From Candidatus Bathyarchaeia archaeon (GTDB lineage: Archaea; Thermoproteota; Bathyarchaeia; Bathyarchaeales; Bathycorpusculaceae), in contig JBEKWR010000021.1 of the NCBI GenBank assembly GCA_049512935.1, positions 1-33,901 of the forward strand: a DNA stretch of 33,901 bases, given 5' to 3'. Positions 8,085 through 16,741 of this stretch are shown here, one piece after another; position 1 is the stretch's first letter; every line of letters begins with the position of its first letter. A program made the position numbers and the translations under genes. The notes beneath the pieces are model-generated. The model made no database searches and was not told where the DNA came from. It was given only the letters and a program-made list of their open reading frames with translations.

Positions 8085-8454
8085 CAGATGTTCAGATAGG
8101 CGCTAAATTGACTTTAATAATTTCAGGATAAAACTATGTGGACAAATTCTATTGGGAATGGTACCGTGAAGAGGCGAGGGGGCATTAACTGTTGCACCCC
8201 TTTAAGCAGGTTAACCCGCTTCACTGGTCAAATTGGAGTTGCCGCCGTGAAACCTTTTTCAAACGCTTCCCAGCATTTACCTATCTCGTTTCGGAAAGAA
8301 GCCGATTACCTTATAAAGAAAATGGGACAATGCAGTAGCGAGGTTGCTCGGTTGGCTCCCGCTGCTAGAATGACCACGTTTTACACGTTTAAGCATGTTC
8401 GGCGCTGTAGCAGCAGATTTTTCGAAACTAATAATTTGAGGATTGAAAAGCGGC

Positions 8455-9645
8455 ATGCAGGCACTTGACATTCTGATTTCAGTAATTTGGCTCTCCCCTC
8501 TTCTTTATCTTTCAATCCTACTGTTCGGAATAGGTTTCAATCACAGGCAAAAATCTAAACTCACAAAGCAAAAGGGTCAGGTTGAGAAAAAAATCGGCAA
8601 AATTATTTTTCAGATACCAACTATAGGAAACTTTCAGTCCGTGAACAAGATTTTTGAAACTGTCAAAAGCTACAACCTTTCTGTTCCTCTGGAAACTTGG
8701 GCTGTCATCGAAGATTGGGACACCCACAAGAACGAGTACGTCTGCGATAGGATTGTTGTTGTACCGAAAGCTTTTGTGTGCGAAGACTTGTACAAAGCCC
8801 GAGCTTTGGAGTATGCGCGAAGGTTAAGGATGCAGATGGTTGCCGACGGAGAGTTGGGTTCTGATTACATGCTGGTTCAAGGAGACGATGACGCCCTACC
8901 CAGCATAGGCTTCATAAAAGAAAGCATGGCGGTTAACGCGGACATCACGATCGGGGCTATTTCACCCAGAGTCGCTGGCGTTTGGAGCACTATTCTTGAT
9001 TATGAACGCTGCGTTGCCTGTGGAATCTTTTGCAATTTTTTCACTAACATAGGTCAACCCCTCTGGGCTCACGGTGAAGGAACAGTTGTGAGCAGCAAAG
9101 TTGACCATGAAGTGTCTTATGACATAAGCGATTTCACGAAAAATAAGCAGGAGAAGTTGATTAGCAGTGAAGATTCCTTTTACTTTCATAAGGCATCAGT
9201 AATGGGCTTCAACATTTTCAATTCTGAAGAACGCATTTTCATTCTGCCACCGCTATCTTTGGGTGACGCCGTGAAACAGAGGCGAAGGTGGTTTTGGGGA
9301 CAGTGGTCCCTTTTAAGACTGAAAATGTTGCCGTTGTCGAACAGGTTACGATTGGGTATCATAGGCTTCTCGGGCTTATGGCTTTATTTCATCGGGATGT
9401 TAGGGTTGCCGCTGCAGTATTTTCACGTGATTTCCTTAACTGGCGTGCTCTTGCCGATATTTGTTGTCTCAATAGTTCTCTGGTTCGGGATGAGAGCCTA
9501 CATTATCGGAAAATCCATGGGTTGGAAGCAAGGCATAATTGGCTGTTTGTTAAGCTATGTGACGGTAACATTGAACACGTTTGTTCAGCTTATAGGATTA
9601 TTGAAAGGCGACCCGCATAACTTTGAAGTCATCCGCAAAGAGTAA
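8455..9645 (+). CDS. Membrane GT2 glycosyltransferase (Egh/BRE-3-like, Glyco_trans_2_3)
   Basis: YKARALEYA, GDDD, SED and QRRRW motifs. One N-terminal and about three C-terminal TM helices. Confidence 0.85.
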   Translation: MQALDILISVIWLSPLLYLSILLFGIGFNHRQKSKLTKQKGQVEKKIGKIIFQIPTIGNFQSVNKIFETVKSYNLSVPLETWAVIEDWDTHKNEYVCDRIVVVPKAFVCEDLYKARALEYARRLRMQMVADGELGSDYMLVQGDDDALPSIGFIKESMAVNADITIGAISPRVAGVWSTILDYERCVACGIFCNFFTNIGQPLWAHGEGTVVSSKVDHEVSYDISDFTKNKQEKLISSEDSFYFHKASVMGFNIFNSEERIFILPPLSLGDAVKQRRRWFWGQWSLLRLKMLPLSNRLRLGIIGFSGLWLYFIGMLGLPLQYFHVISLTGVLLPIFVVSIVLWFGMRAYIIGKSMGWKQGIIGCLLSYVTVTLNTFVQLIGLLKGDPHNFEVIRKE

Positions 9646-9699
9646 GAGTTACAAGTTCGCGCTAACGCGTACAAAAAGCATTGGCGTACGGCTCCGTTT

Positions 9700-10689
9700 T
9701 TAGCGGTTCTGCGTCGGTTCTGTGTTCTTCGTTTTCCTGTTTGACAGAAAATTAAAGTGCATCTTTTGGTTGCTGGCTACTGTTATTACTTCCAGAATGG
9801 TTAACGCTGCAACTGAGAAGAGAGGTATCAAGTCGTAAGGGTAAATTTGCGCGGCGATGTTTCCATTAACTTCAGAATGCAAAAATGTGAAGCCTATCCC
9901 GAAATAGAAGAAGAACGGCAAATTCGTCACGGCGAGAAACACGGCTGCCCCCGCAGCAAATTTAAGGATTACCTGCCTGTTATACCATATCAGCAATGGT
10001 AACGCCAGCAGTGCGGCTCGTGGGTCGAATGCGCCGAACGAGAACAGCAACGCTGAAATCCAAGGTTTTTTGGCGAACCCAAAATACAAAGCGCCTACTA
10101 ACAGGATCGTTTGGAGAGCGTGGGCGTTTCCTAACTGGTAGGCAAAGAAGTAACTAGGCGAGAAAGACTGGGCATTTAGGCTTGGATAGGGAATGTGCAG
10201 GAAGCCTAATCCATGGTAGCTTATTGGGGCTGCGCCGAGGGGATCAATGAGGACAATTACTGCGGCAATGGAGCCGTAGACCAAATTTTTGCCTTTAACA
10301 AGCTTGTAAACGAAGAAAGCTAAGGCGGGGATTAACGCAAACTGCAGTATGTCAAAAGCAGCGAGCGCGTTCTGGTAACTTAATGTTAGAAAAGGCGCAA
10401 AGAGAATCAAAAATGACGGGGCATACTTGAAGGTTTGTGGCACTGGAAGAATCTGATAATCTCCAGGTTCAGCGCCGCCGTAATAGATTTCTGCTGGGTT
10501 GTGGAGCAGCCGCCATTCCCCGATGTAGTAAGCTGAAAAGTCTCTTGCATAAGTGGCTGATTTCGGCAGTTGAAACGCCTGGGGAAAAGCAAGGCAGAAA
10601 GTGAACGCATTCAACGCCAAAGCTATGAGAATAACCAGAACAAGTATCCTTTTTTCGGGTGCCATTTGTTTTATGGCTTCATCCCCCAT
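9700..10689 (-). CDS. Polytopic GT-C glycosyltransferase (GT87/DUF2029-like)
   Basis: TM1 followed by RDFSAYY and FKYAP loop motifs; multiple TM helices. Confidence 0.7.
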   Translation of the reverse strand: MGDEAIKQMAPEKRILVLVILIALALNAFTFCLAFPQAFQLPKSATYARDFSAYYIGEWRLLHNPAEIYYGGAEPGDYQILPVPQTFKYAPSFLILFAPFLTLSYQNALAAFDILQFALIPALAFFVYKLVKGKNLVYGSIAAVIVLIDPLGAAPISYHGLGFLHIPYPSLNAQSFSPSYFFAYQLGNAHALQTILLVGALYFGFAKKPWISALLFSFGAFDPRAALLALPLLIWYNRQVILKFAAGAAVFLAVTNLPFFFYFGIGFTFLHSEVNGNIAAQIYPYDLIPLFSVAALTILEVITVASNQKMHFNFLSNRKTKNTEPTQNR

Positions 10690-10910
10690 ACAGTCAAGGC
10701 AGTTGCCACAAGGACTCGTTTGATTAATGATTTATTTTTTGCCCTACTATCACGGGCACGGCTTCGACGTGGGTTGCAGGATTCAGCTTAACCGCAGACT
10801 TTGACATAGTTAGGTCCTGATTGAAATTTAAGCGGATGTTCGTCCTGCCGTGTTTTGCAGTCTGCCAGCTGACGGCGTAAAAACGTCCTTCTTCACTTTG
10901 CCACGTTCCG

Positions 10911-11357
10911 CTAATACTTAACGCTCAAGTACAGCAGCACTGATAACGCGATCAGCTCGAATAAGCTTGGCAAAAACGCAAACGGTCCGAGACCGTAAGC
11001 TCTAAACCCGTATATCGCAGTTACAAATGGGCTTGAAGTCAAATCTCTAACGAGGAAAACCAGCGCGAAAATGACGAGCCCAATCGTGAATGGTGACCGC
11101 GTTTTAAGGTAAATGTTAACGTAAATGACTAGTAAAATTACTAACAGCGCGATGTTAATTGTTGAAATTATCGTGTTTGCAACGTAGAAAAGCTGGAAGT
11201 CGCCTGGAACAAAACCTGGCGGTGTAACGTGCCTTCCTAGGAAGGCGTAGTGTTGATGAATCAGAACTAAGGCCCAAATAGTAGCAAGAATCGCAACTAT
11301 CGCTAATATTACGGCTATTAAGCCAAGTCTTAACCTTTTGCTCATTTGCTTTTCCAT
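10911..11357 (-). CDS. Four-TM membrane protein co-transcribed with ArsR regulator
   Basis: Four hydrophobic segments and 'Y..IY.KTRSPFTIGL.IFA'. 19 bp downstream of the ArsR stop with an AGGAG RBS. Confidence 0.8.
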   Translation of the reverse strand: MEKQMSKRLRLGLIAVILAIVAILATIWALVLIHQHYAFLGRHVTPPGFVPGDFQLFYVANTIISTINIALLVILLVIYVNIYLKTRSPFTIGLVIFALVFLVRDLTSSPFVTAIYGFRAYGLGPFAFLPSLFELIALSVLLYLSVKY

Positions 11358-11376
11358 GTTCCGTTTTCTCCTTTTT

Positions 11377-11679
11377 CTACTTTTTCCCGATTTTCTTCAT
11401 AATCTCCTCAAACATGGCATAGTTGTCTTCCATTGCCTGCGACAGAAAGTATGTGGCACCGTACCTGTCACCTATGGATGTGATTATCTTGTTTTTTTCT
11501 AAAACGTCCAGGTGGTGTCTCATCGTTTTATAATCCATCTTCAACGCGATCGCTAGTTGGTTTGCGTTCTGCGGAGTTTCCTTCAAAGACCCAATTATTT
11601 TTGCGCGTGTCGGCCCGCCCCTTGTACCTGCAATAAGCCATCCTAACAAGTATTTCAAGGTACGAGCGTTTGCAGACAT
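11377..11679 (-). CDS. ArsR-like winged-HTH regulator (no metal-binding Cys)
   Basis: WLIAGTRGGPTRAKII...PQNANQLA...DYKTMRHHLDVLEKNKII...YGATYFLS. ATG 11679 preferred over 11724. Confidence 0.88.
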   Translation of the reverse strand: MSANARTLKYLLGWLIAGTRGGPTRAKIIGSLKETPQNANQLAIALKMDYKTMRHHLDVLEKNKIITSIGDRYGATYFLSQAMEDNYAMFEEIMKKIGKK

Positions 11680-11767
11680 TTTAGGTCTCCATGCTGAAGA
11701 GATTCTTTGAGATTTAAATCGCATTTAGGTAATAAATGTGTTCTTTTACAAATTTCGTCCTTCCACG

Positions 11768-11822
11768 TTTAGGCTAAAATTGGGTCGAAATCTGGGTGTA
11801 ATTTTGAAAAACCCCTTAATAA
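11768..11822 (+). promoter_or_regulatory. Putative operator (phased TTGGG/CTGGG boxes) upstream of BRE/TATA
   Basis: TTTAGG 11768, ATTGGG 11779, TCTGGG 11791, TTTTGAAA 11802, TTAATAA 11816. 34/46 ungapped identity of 11777-11822 to 12957-13002. Confidence 0.7.
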
Positions 11823-11870
11823 TCTGCAGTCCTCGTTCTCTTCGGTAACAGGAGGTGAATAACGAAAACC

Positions 11871-12443
11871 ATGGACAATAAAATCAAGGTTTTGGCGTTA
11901 ATTTCAATTGTGGTTGCAGCAGCCGTTGGCACAGCAATGGTGCTTGCGTCACAAACGACCGCGAAAGGCGAAACCCCAACTGTTGCATCAGACGTCCAGC
12001 CACAGCTTTCGTCGATAAACGCGACTAACAGCAATGGCTTCCAGAATGGATTCATGGGTTTCGCAGGCCCCAGAGGAATGGGCGGCGGACACGGCGGTCA
12101 TGATGGATTTGGAGGCTTCCAAGGCTTCGGAGTAAACTTCTTCAACGGAACAGCTAACGGATTCGGGCCGATTCAAGTAAGCGCAGCCTTCACGCAGAAT
12201 GTGACTAACATACTGAACAGCAGCACAGACGTTCAGGCTCTCTTCAACCAAGGTTGGAATGTAACTTCAATCCGACCAATAATCACCACGACCATTGACG
12301 GAAACGGCAACGTAGTAACCCAGGCAACAAGCGCCAACGTAATTTTGCAGGGCACAGACGGCAGAGCGCTCGTAGTAGTTAACCTTACAACGGACAAAGT
12401 GACCAAGATAGTAACCACAACAATCAACAACAACCCAACATAA
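11871..12443 (+). CDS. Secreted/membrane-anchored protein with Gly/Phe-rich low-complexity segment
   Basis: N-terminal signal/TM. GFMGFAGPRGMGGGHGGHDGFGGFQGFG segment; C-terminal beta-rich domain. RBS GGAGGTGA at 11851. Confidence 0.85.
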   Translation: MDNKIKVLALISIVVAAAVGTAMVLASQTTAKGETPTVASDVQPQLSSINATNSNGFQNGFMGFAGPRGMGGGHGGHDGFGGFQGFGVNFFNGTANGFGPIQVSAAFTQNVTNILNSSTDVQALFNQGWNVTSIRPIITTTIDGNGNVVTQATSANVILQGTDGRALVVVNLTTDKVTKIVTTTINNNPT

Positions 12444-12681
12444 ACAAAAAAATGAAGCCAACATCTCTTTTTTTCATAGAATGCGCTTCAACAAAAACTA
12501 CTTTTTTTTAGTTTCCCCAGAACGCCATGATTCTTTTCAGACACGACTAGTCAATTTAGGAGAAAGCGCAAAGTAATTCTTCTAAACCGCCAGATTGACA
12601 AGGCGGTGCATCATCGTCGCCACCCAAAACCATCGCCAGAAACCCGCCGTCAAATAGATAGAAAAATGCTTAAACAAACCA

Positions 12682-12940
12682 AAAGTCGCAACCCACAGAC
12701 CCTTCCAGCCTCTCAAATTGGAAAACCGAAACCCAGCAAAACTGAATCTGCCGCCGGGAAAGTCGCCGCGCCCGTAACCGACAATGCCGTCAACATGGAG
12801 TCAACATTGAAAGTCGCAACCCGCCCATCCCAAAGTCGCAACACTCAAACGCCTTCAAGCCCTAAACCCAAAAAGCAACAGGGAACGCAAGTTGCCAAGG
12901 CGGAAAGTCGCAACTTTCACGCAGGCAAAAGTCGCAACTT
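12682..12940. repeat. Dispersed repeat copy C (module Y) with five AAAGTCGCAAC motifs
   Basis: 12718-12876 is the reverse-complement homolog of 22525-22683; 12895-12916 matches rc of 22259-22280 at 20/22. Motif at 12682, 12810, 12832, 12904 and 12928. Confidence 0.88.
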
Positions 12941-12956
12941 AAAAAAAACAGGCAAA

Positions 12957-13002
12957 AAATTGGGGTTAGATTTGGGTAACATTTTGAAATATCGTTTAAT
13001 AA
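12957..13002 (+). promoter_or_regulatory. Second copy of operator/promoter, upstream of ABC-HtrA operon
   Basis: AAATTGGGGTTAGATTTGGGTAACATTTTGAAATATCGTTTAATAA has identical box spacing to 11777-11822. Confidence 0.7.
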
Positions 13003-13146
13003 CACTTAAACGATATCCAGGGAAAGGCAGTCACGAAAGAGGATGGAAATCAAGAAAGGCCATAAGCCCAAAATAACTGCCCAAAAATACCCCTTCATCC
13101 CCTTTCTGACTGCCTATTTACAATAAAGGTGTCTCCTCTGGGAACA

Positions 13147-14595
13147 ATGAATCGAGCATTAAGAAACATTTCCCGACGAAAGATTCGGGCTTTACTGGTA
13201 ATCATAGCACTTGGTTTCTCCATGGCAATACTGGTTACAATTCCAGCAGGCGTCCTGGCAAACCAGAAAACCGCCAACAACGTCAACACGGAACTAAGCA
13301 GCAACATAAACCAAACAGGCCAAACAATAAACCAGACGCTATCTCAAATCGATGTAACCCTAGCATCAGGCATGTCAGGTTACGATTTTACCCCGCCCGC
13401 AGGCAGCACTAGTACAGGAGGCTACGGAGGTTACGGCGGATACGGCGGACACACCGGAACCGGCGGAGGTGGTGTTGTTTATTTCAGGCAATTTGGTCAA
13501 GGACAGCCAGCAATGATGAACGAAAGCCAATACAGTGACATAAGCAGTATCAGCGGTGTTGCAGCTGTTGAACCTGAACTCGAAGTCTACGAAGCAACTC
13601 ACAACGAAACCATTACAAGCACCTTTAACGATCGCACATTCACGGAGTCAGTTCCCACTTACATCATTGAAGGCATACCGTTAACCTCTGATTTCATCAA
13701 CACCTACGGAATGCTGACGACAAACATTACCTCAGGGCAAAACTTGCAGGTAGGCGAAACCGGCGCTGTCTTGCTAAGCCAAGCCGACGCAACCTACTTC
13801 GGCGTGACGGTGGGACAAACAGTCAGCATTTTAGGCGAAAACTTCCAAGTCGCAGGTATCCACGGGAACTCTGCCTTTGGAACGTTCGGCTCCACGGATG
13901 CCAAAGTGGCGTACATGGACCTGTCCGATGCCCAAACAATAACTAACAATGCGGGAAACATAACGAGTCTAATCGTTTATGCACAAAACCCCAGCCTCGT
14001 TAGCCAAGTAACCGCGGCCATAGATTCGGCTCATCCTGAAGTTACTGCCAACCCACCTTTGAGTGCACGGCTTGAATCTACCCAGGCTAACTCCACCACC
14101 GTTGAAGAAAGCGCGGCGAATGCACTTAACTCGTCGAATCAGATGGCGTTAGAGGAAATCGTCATCGTCGTCATCGCAACCAGCCTCATAGTACTCTTTG
14201 TTATGCTGTACACCGTTCGAGAGAGAACCCGAGAAATCGGCACGCTAAAAGCAATTGGATTTAGCAACGCCACAGTTATGAGCCAATTCCTAATCGAAGG
14301 CATCATCTTAAGCATAATCGCGGGCGTCGTCGGCATAGCTATAGGCGTCTTAGTGGCGCCAAGTTTGGCGGCTTTGTTGGTTCCGATGAATCCGTTGGGA
14401 AGCTTATCCACCACAGGTCCAGCCGCCGCAGGCATCGCGAGAGCTGCATCCCAATTCACCGCTTCAGTAAGTGTAAGCCCCGAACTCGTCGCTATAATAT
14501 TCGGGACAGCAATAGCGCTTGGAGCCTTAGGTAGCCTGTATCCAGCGTGGAGAGCAGCCAAGATTAAACCAGCTGAGGCAATGAAGTATGAGTAA
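13147..14595 (+). CDS. MacB/FtsX-family ABC transporter permease
   Basis: ALRNISRRKIR N-terminus, large extracytoplasmic domain, VRERTREIGTLKAIG, and YPAWRAAKIKPAEAMKYE C-terminus. Confidence 0.93.
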   Translation: MNRALRNISRRKIRALLVIIALGFSMAILVTIPAGVLANQKTANNVNTELSSNINQTGQTINQTLSQIDVTLASGMSGYDFTPPAGSTSTGGYGGYGGYGGHTGTGGGGVVYFRQFGQGQPAMMNESQYSDISSISGVAAVEPELEVYEATHNETITSTFNDRTFTESVPTYIIEGIPLTSDFINTYGMLTTNITSGQNLQVGETGAVLLSQADATYFGVTVGQTVSILGENFQVAGIHGNSAFGTFGSTDAKVAYMDLSDAQTITNNAGNITSLIVYAQNPSLVSQVTAAIDSAHPEVTANPPLSARLESTQANSTTVEESAANALNSSNQMALEEIVIVVIATSLIVLFVMLYTVRERTREIGTLKAIGFSNATVMSQFLIEGIILSIIAGVVGIAIGVLVAPSLAALLVPMNPLGSLSTTGPAAAGIARAASQFTASVSVSPELVAIIFGTAIALGALGSLYPAWRAAKIKPAEAMKYE

Positions 14596-15391
14596 GCCTG
14601 TACTGCAACTAGAAAAGCTAGGCAAAACATACATGCTCGGCAAACGGCCAGTCCCAGCTTTATCCAACTTGAACCTGACGGTGAATCAAGGAGAATTCAT
14701 CGCAATCATGGGACCATCCGGCAGCGGCAAAACCACACTATTAAACGTTATAGGCTGCATTGACAAGCCAACTAACGGCAGAATCGTATTAGACGGCGTA
14801 GATGTTACTGAAATGCCCGAAAACAGTCTCTACAAAATTAGAAGAGACAAAATGGGCTTCGTCTTCCAAACATTCAATCTGCTGCCGTACCTTAACGCAA
14901 GAGAAAACGTTGAGTTGCCGATGGAAGGCAAAATCAAGTCGAAGGCTGAGCGAAAGAAAAGGGCAAGCAATCTCTTGGCGATGGTTGGTCTTTCAGGAAG
15001 AGAGGAACATAGGCCGGGTCGACTCAGCGCAGGCGAACAGCAACGAGTAGCTATAGCCCGAGCTTTAGCCAACGACCCCGCTATAATCTTAGCCGACGAA
15101 CCCACAGGAAACTTGGACAGCCAGAACAAGCAGGGAATCATAAAGTTGCTGGCGAACCTTAACATGACGCAGGGTACGACGATAATCATGGTTACGCACG
15201 ACGGTGAAGCAGCACATCACACAGAACGGATGTTGCTTCTCAGAGATGGAAAAATAATCAAGGAAAAGCAAGGCACACACGCGTTGAAAAAGAACAACGT
15301 CTGCCCGAACTGCGGAAGCACCATCAAGCCAAGCGACGACACATGCCCAAGCTGCAAAAAACCTATTTATTCCAGCGACGAAATCTTCTGA
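14588..15391 (+). CDS. LolD/MacB-type ABC ATPase with C-terminal Zn ribbon
   Basis: GPSGSGKT, LSAGEQQR, ILADEPTGNLD, VTHD; tail CPNCG...CPSC. Confidence 0.95.
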   Translation: MSKPVLQLEKLGKTYMLGKRPVPALSNLNLTVNQGEFIAIMGPSGSGKTTLLNVIGCIDKPTNGRIVLDGVDVTEMPENSLYKIRRDKMGFVFQTFNLLPYLNARENVELPMEGKIKSKAERKKRASNLLAMVGLSGREEHRPGRLSAGEQQRVAIARALANDPAIILADEPTGNLDSQNKQGIIKLLANLNMTQGTTIIMVTHDGEAAHHTERMLLLRDGKIIKEKQGTHALKKNNVCPNCGSTIKPSDDTCPSCKKPIYSSDEIF

Positions 15392-15436
15392 GTGGAGATA
15401 AAGAAAATTCCTTTATTTCTCTTATGAGGTGGCTTA

Positions 15437-16669
15437 ATGGAAACTCCGTCTTTCCCTTCAAATCTTCCCATGCTTCCGCCTCCTGAACCGCGGAAAACCA
15501 AACGCATTTCAGCGGTGATTATGGTTGTTCTTCTGCTTGTGGGCTTGGTTGCAGGAGGCTTAATCGGGTACGCAGTGAGCTACTCAGCCTTCAATAGCAA
15601 ACTCAACGGTGTTGAAAACCAGTTGGCGGGGCACACTGAAAACAACACGTTCAACACTTACCCGAACGCCACCTACATACTTGGCACCAACGTTTCTCTT
15701 TCGGCTCTTTACGCTCAGGTTAAGTCGTCAGTAGTCGTTATACAAGACGTCGTGGTAAGCCAAGAATTTTTTGTCGGCGAGGTCATTTCGGAGCAGCAAG
15801 GTTCAGGCTTCGTAACCGCGGTCAACAATCAGCTCGTGATAGTAACCAACAACCATGTTGTCGAAGGCGCCACAAACATATCCGTGACCTTCAGCAACGG
15901 GGCATCCTACCCTGGAACAGTGATAGGCTCCGACCCGCTGGCAGATCTTGCAGTGCTCACCATCACACCGATGCCGAGCGGTTTGACACCACTTACCCTT
16001 GTCAGCTCAGACAGCCTGCAGGTTGGGCAACCAGTTGTCGCTGTCGGTTCCCCATACGGGTTGCAGGGGACGTTAACCACGGGAGTAATCAGCGCGTTAG
16101 GAAGAACACTCTCAGAAACTTTGTCCGATGAAAGCCCTGGTCCAACCATCCCGGACACCATCCAGACGAGCACGCCCATCAACCCAGGCAACTCAGGCGG
16201 GCCTCTTCTTACCTACGCAGGCGAAGTTGTCGGCATAACCACCGCGGCAGTAAGCAGCTCGCAAGGCTTGGGCTTCGCAATCCCGTCTGACACCATAATT
16301 CGCGAACTCCCTTCAATTGTAACCACAGGCTCATACAACGAACATCCGACGATTGACACTCAGGGAACGGACATGAACCTTCAGATTGCACAAGCCATGA
16401 ACGTCAACGTCACGTACGGTTACCTTGTTCAAAGCGTTTCAACGCAGAACGGCCTAAAAGGCGGCACAGAACAGGTTTCGATTTTTGGGCAGAGCGTCGT
16501 CGTCGGCGGAGACATCATCATAGCCATCAACGGTGCAACAATAACCAACACTGACTCGCTCCTCACTTACCTTGAAGAAAACGCCTTGCCCGGACAAACC
16601 CTAAACTTCACCGTTATACGAGATGGAAAGACACAAATAGTCCCCGTAACCATCGGCAAACTTTCATAG
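15437..16669 (+). CDS. htrA: HtrA/DegP-like (S1C) serine protease with PDZ and N-terminal TM
   Basis: TNNHVV, DLAVL and INPGNSGGPL catalytic triad motifs; GDIIIAING PDZ domain. Confidence 0.93.
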   Translation: METPSFPSNLPMLPPPEPRKTKRISAVIMVVLLLVGLVAGGLIGYAVSYSAFNSKLNGVENQLAGHTENNTFNTYPNATYILGTNVSLSALYAQVKSSVVVIQDVVVSQEFFVGEVISEQQGSGFVTAVNNQLVIVTNNHVVEGATNISVTFSNGASYPGTVIGSDPLADLAVLTITPMPSGLTPLTLVSSDSLQVGQPVVAVGSPYGLQGTLTTGVISALGRTLSETLSDESPGPTIPDTIQTSTPINPGNSGGPLLTYAGEVVGITTAAVSSSQGLGFAIPSDTIIRELPSIVTTGSYNEHPTIDTQGTDMNLQIAQAMNVNVTYGYLVQSVSTQNGLKGGTEQVSIFGQSVVVGGDIIIAINGATITNTDSLLTYLEENALPGQTLNFTVIRDGKTQIVPVTIGKLS

Positions 16670-16741
16670 CCACCGACTTTCTTTAGCCTGCATTTTTTTC
16701 GCCTCAGCGAAACAGAGATTTCGATCGACTTCGAACGCGTT

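Noticed and set aside
8136-8468. 110-aa ORF upstream of the GT2 gene
   Set aside because: No recognisable motif or TM segment, overlaps the GT2 start and hairpin-rich sequence; not supported as coding.
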